Assembly (NCBI GenBank): GCA_002633005.1
Contig: NMRA01000097.1
Location: 508,686 to 572,685 of the forward strand
Direction: 5' to 3'
DNA from: Phoronis australis
Lineage: Eukaryota > Animalia > Phoronida
DNA: 64,000 nt
The position numbers and the translations under genes were made by a program. Shown here piece by piece: positions 36,715 to 50,399 of the stretch. Below the pieces are notes generated by a model. The model was not told where the DNA came from. It ran no database searches and worked only from the letters and a program-made list of their open reading frames with translations. The number at the start of each line of letters is the position of its first letter. Positions within the stretch are counted from its first letter, which is position 1.

Positions 36715-38449
36715 CTGTGTAAGGGAAGAAGGCCTTTTAATGCCAATGTCCAATATTAGGATGTTTAGTTAATACTAATGAGTTGGCAATAACAAGATAT
36801 TCCTTCATATATGCATGTGTTCATATACAATCGACAACATTGATGCAAGCTTGTCTGTTGGCAATAAAACTACTGTAGACAACAAGCAACACATGGTGGC
36901 CGAACAAATAACTGTTACATATGGTTTATAGCGTTTCACGGTCCGTCTCAGGCATGCCTAAAATCATTAACCACGCCACCCTTTGACTAGTGAATTTGTC
37001 TCCTGTGAAGAGGACGGGTCACAATCTATGGCGCAGACAATGTATCTTCCCATCCTGGAAAGGTACAAGACCATCGAGAGACAACTATGTATGATAATTC
37101 CACACAGCAAAACACTATTCCGTTTCTTAATATGGGATGTGAAACCTAATGAGCTGAGTCCAGCTCCTCAACAGCAAGGTTAAAGGTTATGTGTTTATTT
37201 TTTAAATGGCTTGACACGACATATCTTCTTAATTATTGATTAAGGTGATAAACAGGAGGCTTATTTTTGAAATCAAGTGATTATTGATAACTTCTACAAG
37301 CAAGTTAAAAGCAAAAAATAAATTTGGTGACACTTATTAGAGTATACATGCATATATTTCCAAAGAAAAGAAGTCTATTTGTTTTCTTCCGTTGAAAAAA
37401 ATGGGCAAACTGGCTTAAATATGCATTAACTCAACTCTTAATGTCTTTGTGAATATATTCGTGGTTACTTATCTAACAAATTTTCCGTAACTGTAACAAA
37501 ATGGACATCTTCTTGCTACATTCTCAAAGAACAATTTCTGGAATTTTTGTTATTTTTAATTTGATTATAACTAAAGGTAATTTGTTGACCAATGTGTTTT
37601 ATATTTTAGTTTGAAGTTCATTGCGACATATATTAAAGTTAATTAGGTAATTTAAGATTTTCCAGTTCGAAGAAATAAAAAATCATGTTCTACTTGTTGT
37701 ACGACAGCACTAGACTTTAAAACCAGGTCCAGGCACAATCAATTGTGTTGAGGAACACATCCTGCGAACAAATGTATATATTTTTAAAGTTGTTGTCCGT
37801 CTAATTGTTTGTGTTGGCATATTGCCTAACATTTGTGGCTGACCCTTGCTCACCCAGACAACAGTACCCATGCATGTGACATCAGCTTTGAGACTCACAT
37901 AATGTTAACTCCCAGTTAACTGTTCTTCTTACAGTATTTGGAAGAGATTCACTAATTTAGGTAAGTACCCATTTGATTACCTAAACAGATAATTGTATAC
38001 TTGAATTAGGTAATTGGAGACAATACTTTTTGTGGACATAAGCACATCTGACGGCAGTAGTTATTCACATAAAACATTATAAGATGTATAATAAGGCCTA
38101 AGAGTCCAATTTTCTGACAGCTCCATACCGATAAATAATATCCACAAAACTACCCTTTAATTCCGCAGTACCTTATTCCAAAGCCCAAGTTGTTTGAGCA
38201 ATGCCTTGGTCCAGACTCACCTATTAGTTACATGTATTGTCTGACAACCCATTGTTCTAAAACGTTACCCACTGTCCTTAAAGCATTTGAGATAACGTAC
38301 ATTTTGTGAATAACCGGCCACAGCCACAATTAATAGAGAGACTTCAAAGACGGCTGGTTACCCGAGCTGGAACGATACGTCAACATTCGTTATATCAATG
38401 TTCGGGTAGAGCTGGTTCCTTCCTTCAAGCCTCGCACTTGACTCAAACA

Positions 38450-40930
38450 AGATATGCAAGTCAGGTGACAGCTCTGTCTCTAGCAAAACTCCAGTGAGAA
38501 GCATTTATTTTTGCTGGAAAGGAAGGTGCTGTTATGAACCAACAGTCTTTCTCTTGCTGGAAAAATGAAAGCTCATCCAGAAGTTCAAATTTTGATATCT
38601 GTAATGTTATCTTACATGTCCAGTTACTGATATTGATGCTCCTTTGTATTCATCGGGAATGCAATTTGTCGCTGTACATTGATGCAGCCTTCAAAATTAT
38701 GCAAGATATGTCCCTGTCCACATTCAAGACACGAAAGCTTTGCCAGATATCGTAGGGCGGCGTCTGAAGAATCACTGTTAGTTTTCAAAGACACGGCAAA
38801 GATTCTGTTCCAATTGACAAGGCGCATGAACAAAATATTATGGATTAGTCAAAGACAGTGTTGAAGATATTGGATAACCTGTAAATCCAAACGCTTTGCC
38901 AAAATGGATAATGTTTGGGCCCGAGCTAGAGATGTTGCTGACTTAGTTAGAATGTCAATATGTTTTTGAAGACAACTGTGAGGAGACGAGCCACCGTGAA
39001 GAGTCAATCCTTTCAGAAAAAAACTTAGAGAACTATCTGAACACTTTGTGTAGGGTAATTTTTCAACCAAATGAAACCCTGTCCTTGACCAGTGTGATGA
39101 ATTTATGACGATAGATACGTTTGGGATGTATTGATGGCCCTACAAGTTTAACACTATCAAAGTGACTGGTAAGCAGCAACATGACAATTAGACGCAATTG
39201 AAAAATTACAGTCAATAAAGACTTCTACATGTACATGTATCTAAAATTCAAGTATGTTGTTTTCAAAACAGCTAGTGGGAATACAGAGTGATACAGCAAC
39301 GCCTGAATGATATAAAAAAGACTGCATCTTATTCGTGAGCCAGAACGACAGTCTCTGGGCCCGGTCTCCAATCTTTTTACTCAAAATGGAACTCGAAATT
39401 AGGTTTGGCATTTTCTACTCTACTTTTGGGCGAACTCAAGATAAGTGTTTATTATTCTATGCTCGAGTACACAATAACTTACGTAGATAATTTGTTGCCC
39501 TTAGTTCACGGTTTGTAAACCCAATATTAAAGCAATAAGTTCGAGTTTGAACTCGAAATTTAGAGTTTTTACTCGAGTTTGTAGAACAAAGATAAGGGTA
39601 TTCAAGGGCAAACTTGAACTAGAAACTCCTATGCATAAACTATAATGTATTAAAGCACAGTCTGATAACCAATTATCTTAAGTTCGCTCAAAAGGAGTAG
39701 AGAAATTGCCAAAAATAATTTCGAGTTCGTTTCGAGTACAAAGATTAGAGACCGGGCCCTGTTTACCTTCACAGAAGTCACAGTTGCTTAACACGTTGGA
39801 ATTTACAGACATTCATAAATACGTAGGAGCCAAAGTCTTTGATGGACCACCTATTGGGCATAGCTTTTCTCCAAAGGATTAAGCGACACCCGGCAAATTC
39901 AATGAAAACTTTTATAAGTGGGCAAATTCTAACCTTCACAAATACAATTGAGTTGACATGAGTTTGATGCTTATACTGAAGACAGCTTCAAGGCCACCAC
40001 AAGATCTGCTTGAGGTTCGTATGACCTAACACCAAAATTTCACCCCAAACGCGACTGTCTCTGATCTTCCAGACTTTTTTGCAAAACTCGATGAATAAAG
40101 AGGACCTGTTCATGCTGTTACCTGAAAATACCTATGCAATCTCCTGTCCTTCATGAAAAAATTACAAATTATGTTTCCCATGGTCAGTCTTCTTTGATTT
40201 TGTTATGACACACATGTACGCCACCTTGCGATGATGAGGAGGCGGAAACCCGCATGTTCTTGCACATTGCGGGCGCTTTGATCAAAGGTAATCGAATGAT
40301 ACTAGTTCTACGGTGGATACTCATGTTGTCATTTTTGTCAATAGTGTCTTTGACGACCTTTGATACGATTGTGTATAGCGCTACACATGTTCCATGCCTT
40401 AACAGGCTTTCCAATTGTATGCAAAAAGGAAAAAAACAGCATGGGAGACGTGAAAAGCCTACCCTGGTGCTTAGCAGGTATCCTCGTATCCAACAATCAC
40501 CATTGACGGTCAGGGTTTCAAAGAAATTAAGACGTTATCATACTTGCTATATGATCGTAAAGACAATTCAATAGTTTACGAAGAGAGCTTTTCTGCTGAG
40601 AAGTTCAGCTCATGCCAAATCTACTGCCTACCCAGTCTGCTCTTATTAAAGATGTTAGCAAATGCTTGTGTCAAGCTGGCATATGGCCGAACAGTCTTAT
40701 GGTCATCGTCCACGGGAAACGAAGTCCAGAGGGGTTTGGATAGCAGCGAGACACGGACCTACAATAGACACCCTCCTTGACCAACATGGCTGAAGTCTCT
40801 AAAGCCTGTCAACAGCTCATTTATTGAGAATATAAAATTGTATCACTATGCGGCAAAAATATCGATGTAAAGGCAACTCCTAAGCATGTACAGCACTGCA
40901 ATTGCCTGGAAACGTTTAAGGTTTGTTATG
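38450..40930 (+). pseudogene. Heavily decayed large DNA-transposon-type ORF ending in a CXC-like Cys cluster
   Basis: Plus-strand motif remnants across frameshifts: NYARYVPVHIQD, IDKAHEQN, NPNALPKWIMFGPE, PCDDEEAETRMFLH, KKTAWET*KAYP, EVSKACQQLI..CTAL. This matches a widespread invertebrate uncharacterised repeat-encoded protein family; superfamily not assigned. Confidence 0.7.
39358..39758. mobile_element. Harbinger-type MITE inserted in a decayed transposase
   Basis: TIR GGCCCGGTCTC / GAGACCGGGCC with TSD CTG on both sides. Internal CTCGAA/TTCGAG inverted motifs. Confidence 0.8.
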
Positions 40931-43900
40931 GACCAAAACAACGGCCTATAATGTTAATTGAATTCTGTGAACTGCAGTGACAATTTAACATTAAACCGTT
41001 TTACCGTGTTGATAGTATAAGCAGTTTACACTCGGTTTACAACACTGTGAATATGAAGGTAAGAGCTCGAAGCACATGAGCGACGGACAGTAGTCAAAGC
41101 TGGCCTCTGAGTTTTTGATAGTCTGTCAAGTTCTATACATAATTGGCCTCTTTATGATAATGTCAACTGAATGTTCATTCTCATTGTTCAACTTAATGTA
41201 AATCTAGTTAAGTTTTGGTTAGAAAACTTATTTGATATTGTATTATTAGTTTTGAACAGGATCAAAATAGATTCTTTTGTTAAAATTGCAGTTGGTTAGT
41301 TAAAGTTTGGTGGCCATACACATGTATTGGATCTATTCAAATTAGGTGTCATAACGTTATGAGGAAAACATTTCAAAATGTCATTTTGATAGATTTCTAG
41401 ATGATATAGTGCCATTACTTAGCTTTAAAATGCGTTATCATCTCTCAAGCAACCATACACTGGGTTACGTGGTGACCATTTTGTTTTTCGAGATTTGACC
41501 TTGATCTTAACCTCAAAACTTGACCAAGCCACCCCCGTGTGATTCAGCCTTTCACGAAGTACCAGTGTGCCAAATTGGTGCTTTAATCCGAGGTGCAAAA
41601 GTTTTTGGGTTAATGGCCTGGACTACTTACGTGTTCTATTACTTATGCATTGTGTTATCTTGAAAAGACTATATTCGTGCGGTCTAGCCATACTCGCAGG
41701 AGACTAGCTTTAAGCTCCGCAGTAATTAAGTAGAATGGCATGATAAAGTACGTGCAGATGCGCTCATATTCTCAGAGATTTTGTGTTCGAGTTGTTTCTT
41801 TTTTGTTTCCACAAGTAGTTCCGTGGAGTGCAAGTCAAACTTTGTCAAACAACCTCACCAGGAAGCGGCAGTGAAAGATTTTGCACTTAAATGTAATACG
41901 GCAAAAAGCGTGCTCATATACAACTGTAGCGATAAGGCAAGAGAAAGAAAGAGAAAATGGGTATAATGCGAAAGCGAATTCTGGGGCGGCACTTGTACAT
42001 ACCATACATTAGCTACGTTACGAAAATTTCACAAGCGATGGGCCAGTATGGCGAAAATTCTTTTCGAATGTACAACAATAGAAAGTTCTCTTCGGTGGGT
42101 CTCCGATATCGTAAGCGATATGGGCGAACATTTTGCCATAAATTTGGGCAAAACCTTGGATAATTCGGAAAAATAGCAAAAAATCGAACAGCGTGTTATG
42201 TAATTACAAAAACAAGGGTATGTGTAATTGGATCAACAACGAGTGTGGGATTAGATTAAAAATGATAACTCAATTGTTCATGATGTAAACTTGGTAAATA
42301 TTCTTTTAATGTTTTGCAACGGTACCCTAGCAACATTTGGCTAACTCAGCCAAAAATATGAGAAAAAATGTTAAGATATTAAACATTGACCAAAAGTTTA
42401 GATTGGCAAGTTTGAAGGCCACTCTTTAGGAGCAATATCAAATGTCGAAATAATGGCAATATTCTGTTACCCTATTAACGTATTCACCTATATCTTCAAG
42501 CTTAACCGTTGATTTGTCTCCACGCTGATGAACATTGCAGATTACGTTGAAGTGAATGAACAGTAATTGATAATCACATTGCATTTGTCGGCCCCTGAGA
42601 GACAGAATGTCCGAGGAAATGGGACAAAAGTCCAGTAAATAAGCGCAAACGCGCAATTCACACTGGTGCTCCCGTTTTTTTATTTTTAGTCCGCCCGCCA
42701 TTTTGTTAGCAAAAGGTCCAAAACGTCAGGAATTAGAACCCAAGAAGCTCAAGTCGCGGTCAAATCAGGATTCCAGGAATAAATAAGGAAATTTACTTAT
42801 CAACAGATTAGACAAATAAAAATAAGATACAAAGCATTGCTACAGTGCACACGCGCACAAAAACTGGGTCTGTCATTTTCCCGCCGCAAGCGATTGAACC
42901 AATCAGATGACCAATGACGCAAACCTTTCGAAAACAAGCCTGGTTTTTAGGGAGTCTGTTACTGCTCTCTATATTTTCAAAACTTTAATGTTATAGTTAA
43001 TTTATTTGTTGTACATCTCAATGAGGCTAGTTCATATAATAAGCATTTAACACGATTAATACATTGTAGAAGCAAACGTTATGCACTATCAACATGAGAC
43101 AAAAACTGTACACCCCTTTATTAAAAATGGATTAAAGGTTAGAAACAATGGACGAGAACGTAGACAAGTTTCCATCACTTGCAACGTCGGTTTTCTATAT
43201 ATACATAAACGTTGGAGAAGAACATCAGTTTGGTGACTGCAACACGGAATCGTACGAAGGCGAAACTTTTCGAAATTTGATTCGTTGTGTTGTCTTTCAT
43301 TTGTTCCTTACAGTTCAGGATTAATTGGGGATACAGGAACAAGAACTGAACGAGGCAGGGTTTGTGGTAACGATGGTGAACGGTAATATCTATTTAAGGT
43401 ATTATAACTGCCATCGATATTGTCATCTGCTCTGTTTTCATCCAGCCGTCCCTGATGAAAACTTGAATGAAGAGGTCCTTCAGTACTTGAGTGAGCACGG
43501 TACACTGTGTGATTTATGTTGAACTATTCAATTGTTCTTTTAAGAACCATTTCACGCTATACCTAAGGCTGATGCACAATACAACCAACGGCCCTTTTAA
43601 GGGCCACTCAACTCTTCCAAGAAAAACTGCTCACTTGAGAACGTTGAATTATAAGCATGCAAAGGTTAAACTAATCAAATCGTTGCAGAGGCGCATTTTT
43701 AATTCGAACAAAATTAATATTTTCTAAGCCAAAAACTTTATATAAGTATCTTTTGCATTCACAGGTACTCCTTGGAAATTGTGCACAAACATGTTTTCAT
43801 AGTTTTCTCGGTAGGCCTATGTGAACCATAAATCACAAACTGTCCGATAACTATGCTGCTACATGTATGCTATTTAGCAAGCAGACGACATAATCAGTCG

Positions 43901-44261
43901 GCACCGAAGTTTGAATTTTGTAATTAATCACCAGTAGCATTGCCAAAAGTGCTCACGATACCAACACTTCTACTATTGAAAGACTTTGAACATCGGTTCA
44001 ATGCCGAAATTAATATTATTTTCGTTGTACTGGACAGTAAAGTTGATGCAAATATTTCTCGTCAAAATCCACTAACCGGAAACTGCACCAGAAAATGTGG
44101 CGGCGCCTCTTGGCTAGCACTTATGAACTTACTACCGCGACCAACGGCCCGTGGTCGTAATCTGCTCTTGAACTATACAACCGTTAAGCAGAAGAACTTT
44201 TAATCATCAGAACCACCTAGGGAAGCTAAGTCTCAGATTTGTAATGGTAGGAAAGACTTAC

Positions 44262-44373
44262 CCACGCAGACTCCCGCCTTGTTAGTGCAGTCTTTAACAC
44301 AAGCCTGGCTTCCGTCTGTGCAATTCGCGATCGTGCATTCGGTGTTCGAACCAGCCTTGGTGTTGACGTTGCC
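44262..44373 (-). CDS. Exon 2: short Cys-rich module (GNVNTKAGSNTECTIANCTDGSQACVKDCTNKAGVCV)
   Basis: Acceptor ttttttcag|, donor G|gtaagt, 112 bp open frame, phase 0 to phase 1. It bridges exon 1 to the 36714 exon exactly. Confidence 0.75.
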
Positions 44374-46267
44374 CTGAAAAAATCGATATTGTACGTCTAC
44401 GTCCAAAATTATATGAATGGGTAAGTTCTGGGATCGCTTTTATCGTGGTGCGTCACCAGTTTCCGAATACCGATTTCGACCGTTAAATATTAGAGTGCAA
44501 TCCATTCAAATGCAAACCCACGTCTGAGAGCTAAAAATTGCAAAAAAAAATATAAATCTGCAGGCTAAACAATATTTCTACTGCCAATTGAAAACAATCA
44601 ATCTAGGTATTGTTATGATTGAGTTCTTACAAAGTTTACTTGACACTTGACAACCAAATTGCACATTTCAGCTGAATTTGTATTCATGAAATCAAAGGCC
44701 AGACTTTAGCCCTTTATCACTGTAACTTGTACTTATCACCTACTAATTTAAAGTGTCAGTATGTTTCAATTTCCTGTATCCTTACAAATTATTTAGTTTG
44801 TGTTTGTGTACTTTAATTCAGTGGTTCCATAAATCTAATGTCGTCACAAGTGAGAGGGGCAATATTAATTTATTTGAAAATTATATTTCTTTTACAAAAA
44901 TTGTAACACTATTTGTCAAAATTCATCTTAGACATTCTGAAATGTTCTATTTAATTGATGCTGTTGTTTTACTTCGAGTTTATTTTTTACAGCTTTTACA
45001 CGTGATATGGTCAATTAACACAATTAATCAAATAATTGCCTCACGTACATGTAAATGTTCAAACTCTGTAGTCTTCACGAAAATTTATACTTTTCTAAAG
45101 TAGAATTCCGCTGTAGCGTGTCAGTCTGATCCACAAGAGCGGTGAGATTTTTTGTCTGTGAGCATACTACGGGGAGTTCGAGACAACTAAGTTTGAACAG
45201 ACGAGACCTCTTCAAACAAACTTTACACCTTTTCAAAATAACATGTGAGTATACGGGTATTTTACATGGCGTTTTTAAAAAATATATCAAGACAAGATGA
45301 AAATCTCATTTTGGATTTGAAAGTCAAACGCCGAATGTCAAGTTATTTTAGATATTGCTGGTTTTGTTGATAGAATAGAAAGCTACTGCTACGGTTAGAG
45401 ATTCTAATTTATGCAAAATGAAAGTTATTTGCTTCTAGACTTCACAAGTGAGATGATTCGAAAGTAAGTAGAAGTTGATCTTGCCATGATTTTTTTTTTC
45501 AATGAAAACATAATGTGTCGAGTAGTGTTGGCTTCATAGAAAGGATAGTTCGTTTGTGACGGTAAACAGCCTCAAAAAGTTGTAATTGCGTGTCAAAAGA
45601 GGCCACGTATGCCCCAAGCATGGTCTCTATGGATTAACGAAATGTTGTTGCTCAGAAAACTGTGCCCTGTTGTATGAAACAGTTCTGTATACGGATTAAA
45701 CCGAGTTCACTAAAGCTTCAGCGTGTCTGTGTCGATCTGTGCTGAGAGGTCTTACTTTTCACCAGTTTATAACCGTTATGAGTTTCTCGTTGACTGGAGA
45801 CATTTCCTTATGATATAAGTAAAAACACTTTCAATAACAATGAAATTGGAAATTAATTTCAATCATTCAATTAGCACAAATGCGTACACGATTTAAGCAA
45901 ATTAGTTTAGACTATTTCGTGCAGCTGGGCACACATCTCGCCAGCGTAAAAGCCTTTCTACCCATTCCAATCTCCCGTAACGCTACGTACATGGTGCAGC
46001 GACTTTGTATGCGACAATCACAGTGCGCAAAACTGAGTCGCATATTAATACTTTCCTGAGTCGAAACAAATACTTGCAAGTCGGAATGGTCTCTTTCAAA
46101 CGACAAGGTCGTAAAAATGTGTTGGATAGCATGTAACCACGCGGTTTGTCGTAAAAGACAATTGTAACGGAAATCGTAGACTGTTAATCGGAGTTGTAAA
46201 CAAGGTTTGACGTGTCACAATTTGACGGAGTCTCTAAATAACGAGTATGTTCAACCACACAACTCAC

Positions 46268-46660
46268 ATGTTCCCATATCCTTTTTACAACTTGATTTGA
46301 TTTGAAGTTCTTTATTACTATCTTGCTAGCAAGATTTCCTCCCTGGATCCCCGTTTTTCCATGCGACTCCATATTGTGATAACGTTCCTGGGACAAGTAA
46401 CACACTCCTCTATCGTGTTCGTAAGAAGCCGAGGTGCAAGCTGTCTTTCTCATGCAGTAGAGCGCACACTCAATTTTGCTTTTTGTGCCAGTGTGTTTCG
46501 CGAAGTATGACTGTGAAAACAAGGCCGTTATACTCGTAGCAGAGCACGTGAGTCCCAGCGAATTGTCGCAGCAAGTTTGGATTGTTTCTCCAAATAGTGT
46601 GTCTGACTGACAAAACTTAACCAGCATTAAAAACAACGTTGTCCAAACGTACAAAAACAT
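46268..46660 (-). CDS. Exon 1 of secreted multi-domain gene: signal peptide + PAN/Apple domain
   Basis: ATG at 46660 (MFLYVWTTLFLMLVKFCQS, hydrophobic signal-like). PAN-type Cys pattern ECALYCMRKTACTSASYEHDRGVCYLS. Donor CAT|GTGAGT at 46268 is phase 0 and matches the next exon. Confidence 0.8.
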
Positions 46661-46687
46661 GTCACTTGTTTTCAGCAATGCTACTGA

Positions 46688-46724
46688 GCGACTGATCACA
46701 ACGAGCAGTTTCTCGGCTTAAATA
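46688..46724 (-). promoter_or_regulatory. Putative TATA + Inr core promoter of the PAN/CTHRC1-C/FN2 gene
   Basis: On the minus strand, TATTTAA (46724-46718) lies ~31 nt upstream of an Inr-like TCAGTC (46695-46690), about 33 nt before the ATG. Confidence 0.5.
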
Positions 46725-48164
46725 AACAGAATGTCATTCGTTGATATCCAGGATACGTAACGATCTCTATTCTGTTTCTAATTTAATGACAATGATCAGG
46801 TAAATTAAACCTAACTAACATTAATCGCGCCATATTCTAAATGTAGTCGAAACCGCTGAACTGATAACAAGCAGCTTGTAACGGGTATACATGTATTAAT
46901 AAGTAATACACTGGTAATTTTGATCACCAAGCTTTGATACAATATTCGTCATATTGAGCACGATTTTAGCATGTGGACACGTAGTGTTTAAAGTCGTGCA
47001 ATGAATTTTCCGCGCCATTTTTGCTTTGGAATAAATAGAAACGGTCCGCACTTCACCCCTTCAGGAATTTCAAGCAGAAACTGCCGCCGCTATGTTGCAT
47101 AGCAACCAACCTATACCTCACCACAAGACAACTGAATTGTTGTAAACGTTCTCGATCGTTTTTAATACAAATAGCGGGAATCACATTTATTTCATTTGTT
47201 ACCTATGAAATGGTGTACAGAAAAACAGACGCATACTGATCAAACGCATGCAAACTCAAACCGGGATGACAGGTACCAAACCGCTATTGAACCGGTCATT
47301 AGTTAAGTAGATGAGCTAAACATATCAAATGTGAATATCATAGTTCTTATGAAAGCATATTAATAAAATTTGCTAATGGAATGACCGTCACTACAGGTAG
47401 ACAGGGCTACGTCGAGGGTACATGTAGCATACATTACGGGATTTCACATGTCTCTTTGATGACGAACTACGTTTCCAGTAAAAAGGCCCTCGTTCTCCAG
47501 GAGCTTAAAAGTTCTACATGTATGTTTCAGCTTAATTCAATCTGTGTATAGCTTAGCATCATCCACAATAACCGAATATGGCTGAACGTATGAAAACCTG
47601 TTCACAACTCGAAGTCAGAAGTCACAAACCATGACCTGCTCCCCCAGACAGAAAACAAATTTGTTTGTAATCAAATGTCATACTATTGTAAAGGCAAAAG
47701 ACAGATGTCAATAGTGTCTTTGAAAAACAAGACGCAGGTGGTAAATGGAGCGACATCAGTGGCAATATATTTTGGGCGGAACACGCTTGAGAAACGTTAA
47801 GGTATGACTTCAAGCTAGTTCAGCATGAAGACTTCGTTGACCAGAATGCGGCAGCTAGAATCCCAGCATGTGTAAGAGTCGTTGTAGCTTTAACCAAGAA
47901 ACGTCTGTACGTAAAATCTTATGTTGCAGCTTCCTGATGGAAGGTCGCAGACACGGCAACTGAAAAGACATAGAATGTGTGCAATCAGGTTTAAGTGGCG
48001 AATGTCAAACGATGTCTGAGTAATCCACAGTCTTCATCACTCAAGAGTAAAAAGTAAACTCCTGAACTGGAGAAACGGGGTTGTACCTGGGTATTGTAAC
48101 ACCGAAGACACAATACATATAAAACAAGCTATCAGTCTGCTCTGACCAGTACAACCGTTAAATA

Positions 48165-48900
48165 ACCAAGCTCAGCGCGGGAAACCGAGGCCGGGTTCGA
48201 ACCCGTTTCGCAAGAGTTTTGAGTCTTCAACTTAACCGCTGCGCCACTCAGCAGCTGACGTCATCGAACGTGGAAATAGAATACTTAAATGAGGACGTGC
48301 AATAATCACATATTCAACATACGGCACTGCACCGACATGTATACGCTACGAAAAATAAAACGCACATTCTCAATAAAAACGACATCATTACTCAGCAAAA
48401 TTCATCTCTCATTTCCTCTCACTTGTAAATCATCGATCTCCAGTGTGAATGCGGGTCACGTGCCGTCGGGATCCTTTGACTTTAGCATTATACTCAGTAA
48501 CCAGACGTAACGCACTTGAGCAGACGATACTTTCACGATCGAAATGTATCATTATAAAATGTTTAGTAAGCTAGACTAGTTGCTTTAAACCTGTTTTATG
48601 TATTCACTTTATTTCTATTTTGTCTAAATTTTCAATTGGCTTTGAGCAAAACAGTATTTAAAAATAACTCGGAGTTTCTTAAAAGGTCACGACCTTTGAC
48701 CCCGAGCCTCTGACATAGAAACTAGGTACAAACCTAGGCGAGTCAGAAAGGTAGACCAATTCATTGCATTGTTTCTCCTTCATCATGTGGTATAAATAGA
48801 TTACTTCATGTTTTCAGTCGTCATCCTCCGTACATGTATATCTTGATCCGTTATAGGATAATTATCCAAAATTCTTCGGGGTTAAAGATCACGGGTGTAG
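48165..48900. repeat. Third dispersed copy of the tRNA-containing repeat
   Basis: Colinear homology to 7840-8560, including GGGTTCGAACCC, TGACGTCATCGAACG and GTGGTATAAATAGATT. Confidence 0.8.
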
Positions 48901-50399
48901 AATAAATTTGTATTGAATGTCTTCCTAGTTAATGCAGGATTAAAATTCCATTCAAAGAAACTGGAGAACTGACCCACTGCAGTTCATGCTTGGACTGAGT
49001 GAATTTGCACACATGTACTTGAACCCAGGAGAGAGATTGGTTATGTTTTGAGTTTGAAGACTATTTTCTAGGCTCTGTATATACACGTTAGTAAGTTCAT
49101 GCAAGTTTTACGAATCAATGTTGTATAAACAACACAATAAATTTCCAGCCACTTAATTCTTTTATACTGAGGTACATGTAGGTTTTATACGTCTGTTTTT
49201 CAATTTTGGTGTCTTTATTGCAGAGTGGGGCTTTAACGGTGGTTGGACGTGGACGGCTACCTGGAAAATTCAAAGTATACACTGATAAACTTTAGCTCAT
49301 GAACCTATGAATCCAGTTATCTGATGTCAGAAACGCGCGTTTGTAGGCACAAAACATGAATTATTTGCCTATGAAGCTAAGCGAATCGATGTATCTAAAG
49401 AAGATTAAGAGGCTTTTAAAAAGGGACCAACTTTGTAATCAAATGTCTAAGTTTTCAAATTTCCACCTCCTATAGCCAGGCTGTACTTAGTGTTAGTTTT
49501 AATGAAAATTGTTCGCACCATTGAGTGTATTGGGTTTACTGTTTACATTATTGTCAACAAAAGTGAACAGTTAAAAACCATGAAAGGCAATTCTAGGCAC
49601 TATTTCTAGCCTATGGAATGCAAGGAAATCCAACAGTACTTCCCAAAACCACATCTGTGACAACTTCAGATAAACTTTCAGTTACGTTTTATTTTGTGCC
49701 CTTGTCTCTGACGATATTCTTGAATTTTGAATGTTAGGTGACTTGTTATTCCTTGGGTCATTGCTGTAATTTTAGTAGAGAATGTCTGCGCTGATGAAGC
49801 ATAGTCTTCTGTTGTATAGTACTTCCTGGCCATGTACTCACTTTTTCTTTGGTTGTGTTTCATGATTTTGTGGTGATTTATCTGTCTGAACATTGCATTC
49901 CGATTCCTCAATTCCCATATATTGTGAGAGACTGCCAAGTATCAACGTATGAATATGTTATTAAGCTGATTTAGTTTTCACTGCACTATATTTATGACAC
50001 TTGATGAACCGAATCTTTACCTGTGTCTGGATTTTAGGTTCTTGTATTTCGCGCATGCTCAAACATTGTAAGGATCTAGGGTAAATTCAGGAAATACTAT
50101 CAATTATTGTTAATGATATGTTAATAGAACTCTATCTCGTTAAATGATGTATGAAAATCATTAAATGTGTTACTGTACTCCTTTTTTGTTTAATTTAGTG
50201 AAAAATGAATTTTCTTAATGCCTGTGATATTGAAACTTATTGCTCTTGGAGGACTTAAGTTTTCAAAAGTTATGCCCTCAAAATTATTAAGTTCTGAAAA
50301 CGAAAAGTTATCAAAAACTTAAGTTTTGATAACTTAAGTTTGTTCTTAAAAATTGTTCCAAAATACTTCAATTTTTGAAAAAAATCAGTTTTTAAAACT

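Noticed and set aside
43308-43522. Possible extra exon in intron 2
   Set aside because: The open minus-strand frame ends in phase 2, which is incompatible with the phase-1 acceptor at 36714, and no domain is recognisable.
46184-46699. 171-aa ORF as a stand-alone single-exon PAN protein
   Set aside because: The ORF-track start is GTG. A real ATG with a signal peptide lies at 46660, and a strong phase-0 donor at 46268 links to the downstream exons.
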